Sequence record: OM386665.1
DNA: 64,000 nucleotides
Reading direction: 5' to 3' (one strand)
From: Escherichia phage vB_EcoM_ESCO56
The translations under genes and the position numbers were made by a program. The notes under the pieces were generated by a model, which saw only the letters and a list, made by a program, of their open reading frames with translations, ran no database searches and had not been told where the DNA came from. This document shows positions 62,479-64,000 of the stretch, in pieces (the first letter of the stretch is position 1; the number at the start of each line of letters is the position of its first letter).

Positions 62479-63378
62479 ATGTCACAAGCTGATTTGAGTT
62501 ACAAAAATATCCTGAACCATGTTTTATCCGTTGGTGAACTGCGTACTACACGAACTGGAGATGTTATCTCTGCATTTGCTCCACCACAATTTCGTTTTGA
62601 TATGAGAACTGGTTTCCCACTCTTAACATCTAAACAGGTGTTTACACGGCAAGTTATTGGGGAAGCTTTATGGTTCCTGAATGGTGAGAATAAACTTGGT
62701 GAACTCCGTTATCGTACTTGGGGTGAAAATGATGGGGAACGCTGGACTATCTGGTCAGATGATTTTAAACGCTGGTTAAGCTCTAACTATTCTTCTGAAC
62801 AAGACTGGCTAGAAGATGCAGGTGGTAGAATCTACGGGGTTCAGTGGAGAAACTTTGAAGGTCATAATGGTTGTGTTGTAGACCAGTTAGAGACCTTAGT
62901 AACGAAGATGAAAGGTGATATCACAGACCGTTACATGCTTGTTAATGCTTGGAATGCAGCAGATATTGCAGCCAACTCGATGGCTTTAGCACCTTGTCAT
63001 GTTCTGTTTCAGATTTATATCACTAACGAAGGTGAAGTTGACTTACAATGGTATCAACGTTCTGTAGACACCTTTTTAGGACTTCCGTTTAACATTGCAT
63101 CTTATGGTTTTATTCTGGAAGTTCTTTGCAAGATGACTGGATACACTCCACGGTACTTGATAGGTGTCTTTGGAGATACTCAGATTTATCAGAACCATAT
63201 GAAGCAGGTTTATGAACTGATGAACAATGAAGATTTTCATGCACCTACTTTTGAGATTGGTGTGCAGCTTAATACTCTAAGTGATTTAAAACATCTTACT
63301 GCAAGTGATTTTATTGGTGGCATTAACAACTACCAACATGCAGGAAAGATTGAAGCACCTTTGTCAGTAGGTAAGTAA
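62479..63378 (+). CDS. thyA: thymidylate synthase
   Basis: 299 aa; ThyA-like regions (e.g. LAPCHVLFQIY with catalytic Cys context); uninterrupted ORF. Confidence 0.9.
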   Translation: MSQADLSYKNILNHVLSVGELRTTRTGDVISAFAPPQFRFDMRTGFPLLTSKQVFTRQVIGEALWFLNGENKLGELRYRTWGENDGERWTIWSDDFKRWLSSNYSSEQDWLEDAGGRIYGVQWRNFEGHNGCVVDQLETLVTKMKGDITDRYMLVNAWNAADIAANSMALAPCHVLFQIYITNEGEVDLQWYQRSVDTFLGLPFNIASYGFILEVLCKMTGYTPRYLIGVFGDTQIYQNHMKQVYELMNNEDFHAPTFEIGVQLNTLSDLKHLTASDFIGGINNYQHAGKIEAPLSVGK

Positions 63379-63381
63379 AAC

Positions 63382-63415
63382 AAAAAAGGCTCCCGTAAAA
63401 AGGAGCCTTAAAATT
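63382..63415. terminator. bidirectional intrinsic terminator between convergent genes
   Basis: CAAAAAA-GGCTCC-8 nt-GGAGCC-TTAAAATTTT. Confidence 0.65.
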
Positions 63416-63421
63416 TTATTT

Positions 63422-63787
63422 TCAGTGTTCTTCTGTATTCTTCTCAGTAATAGCTTGGAGGGCTGATACTGATTGAGCCAGATTATTCACACTGTCAGAG
63501 AATTTATCAAGAGTTTTGGTAAGTTTTGCGTTTTCACCCTTAACATTCTCTAACTGAACTTTCTGGTTCTCCATCCCTAACTGAAGCAGTCTCATGTCAG
63601 ACTGTAAATCACGAATAGCTGAATAGTTATTACTTGTGTAATTATCCAACTGTTGTAACTTTGTTTTGACAGACACCTCTTGTTTACCACTTGACACTTG
63701 CATGGTGGTATACATTCCGATAACACTAAAAATACCAACTACAATTGCACCAATATTGTTTTTAAAAGCTTCCTCTAGCCACTTCAT
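63422..63787 (-). CDS. hypothetical membrane/coiled-coil protein
   Basis: 121 aa; N-terminal TM helix IGAIVVGIFSVIGMYTTM followed by coiled-coil. Confidence 0.55.
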   Translation of the reverse strand: MKWLEEAFKNNIGAIVVGIFSVIGMYTTMQVSSGKQEVSVKTKLQQLDNYTSNNYSAIRDLQSDMRLLQLGMENQKVQLENVKGENAKLTKTLDKFSDSVNNLAQSVSALQAITEKNTEEH

Positions 63788-63982
63788 TTATTTCTCCCCC
63801 TTAAAAGCTTTTTCTAAGTTATCTACGAACTCATCATCAATAGGTGTGTCTGTTTTACTCGCAAGATATCTTGCAAGCTTAAAGAACACTTTCTCAATCA
63901 TGTATTCACTTAGAAGGGATAAAATGAGCTTCCAGAAGAAGCTACCTAGATTTTTTAGGAGAATTGCTAGGATTGTAGGCAT
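63788..63982 (-). CDS. hypothetical small membrane protein
   Basis: 64 aa; hydrophobic N-terminus; adjacent to previous gene. Confidence 0.45.
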   Translation of the reverse strand: MPTILAILLKNLGSFFWKLILSLLSEYMIEKVFFKLARYLASKTDTPIDDEFVDNLEKAFKGEK

Positions 63983-64000
63983 TTAATCACCTCATCAGCC

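Overview
AT-rich segment of a virulent tailed-phage genome with densely packed genes. I could not run any database search, so the family assignment (resembles Felix-O1-like / T4-T7 hybrid replication-module phages) is inference from gene content only. Layout: (1) 1-3700, minus strand: packaging module (portal, large terminase). (2) 3900-7700, minus strand: tRNA array with at least 14 tRNAs plus tRNA-like and structured spacers, driven by a promoter at 7818-7846 that carries a palindromic operator. (3) 7865-9280: a vWA/MIDAS protein with a possibly TROVE-like N-terminus. (4) 9980-17660, plus strand: operon with a GH24 endolysin and a protein carrying three Ig-like repeats. (5) 17663-19379: a 1.7 kb ORF-free region packed with helically phased TTAACA(A/G) sites and short tandem repeats. 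(6) 19380-24300, minus strand: eleven small early-type genes, eight of them behind reiterated promoter/leader-hairpin cassettes of two alternating families. (7) 24400-37000, minus strand: macro-domain protein, overlapped spanin pair, Dam and a second DNA methyltransferase, HAD phosphatase, SLT transglycosylase, rIIA/rIIB-like pair. (8) 37110-52600, minus strand: nucleotide metabolism and replication (nrdG, nrdD split by an ORF-less group I intron, glutaredoxin, nrdB, nrdA, flap endonuclease, SSB-like, primase-helicase, dNMP kinase). (9) 53300-63400, plus strand: DNA polymerase A with overlapping HNH endonuclease, ATP-dependent ligase, DHFR, thymidylate synthase. Most unusual are three copies of a module containing a 55-75 bp period-5 GG-phased tract with a covarying hairpin (58560-60080), the TTAACA array, and three Leu-decoding tRNAs with class-I length. 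All coordinates of RNA features and motifs were derived by hand and should be treated as approximate (a few nt).
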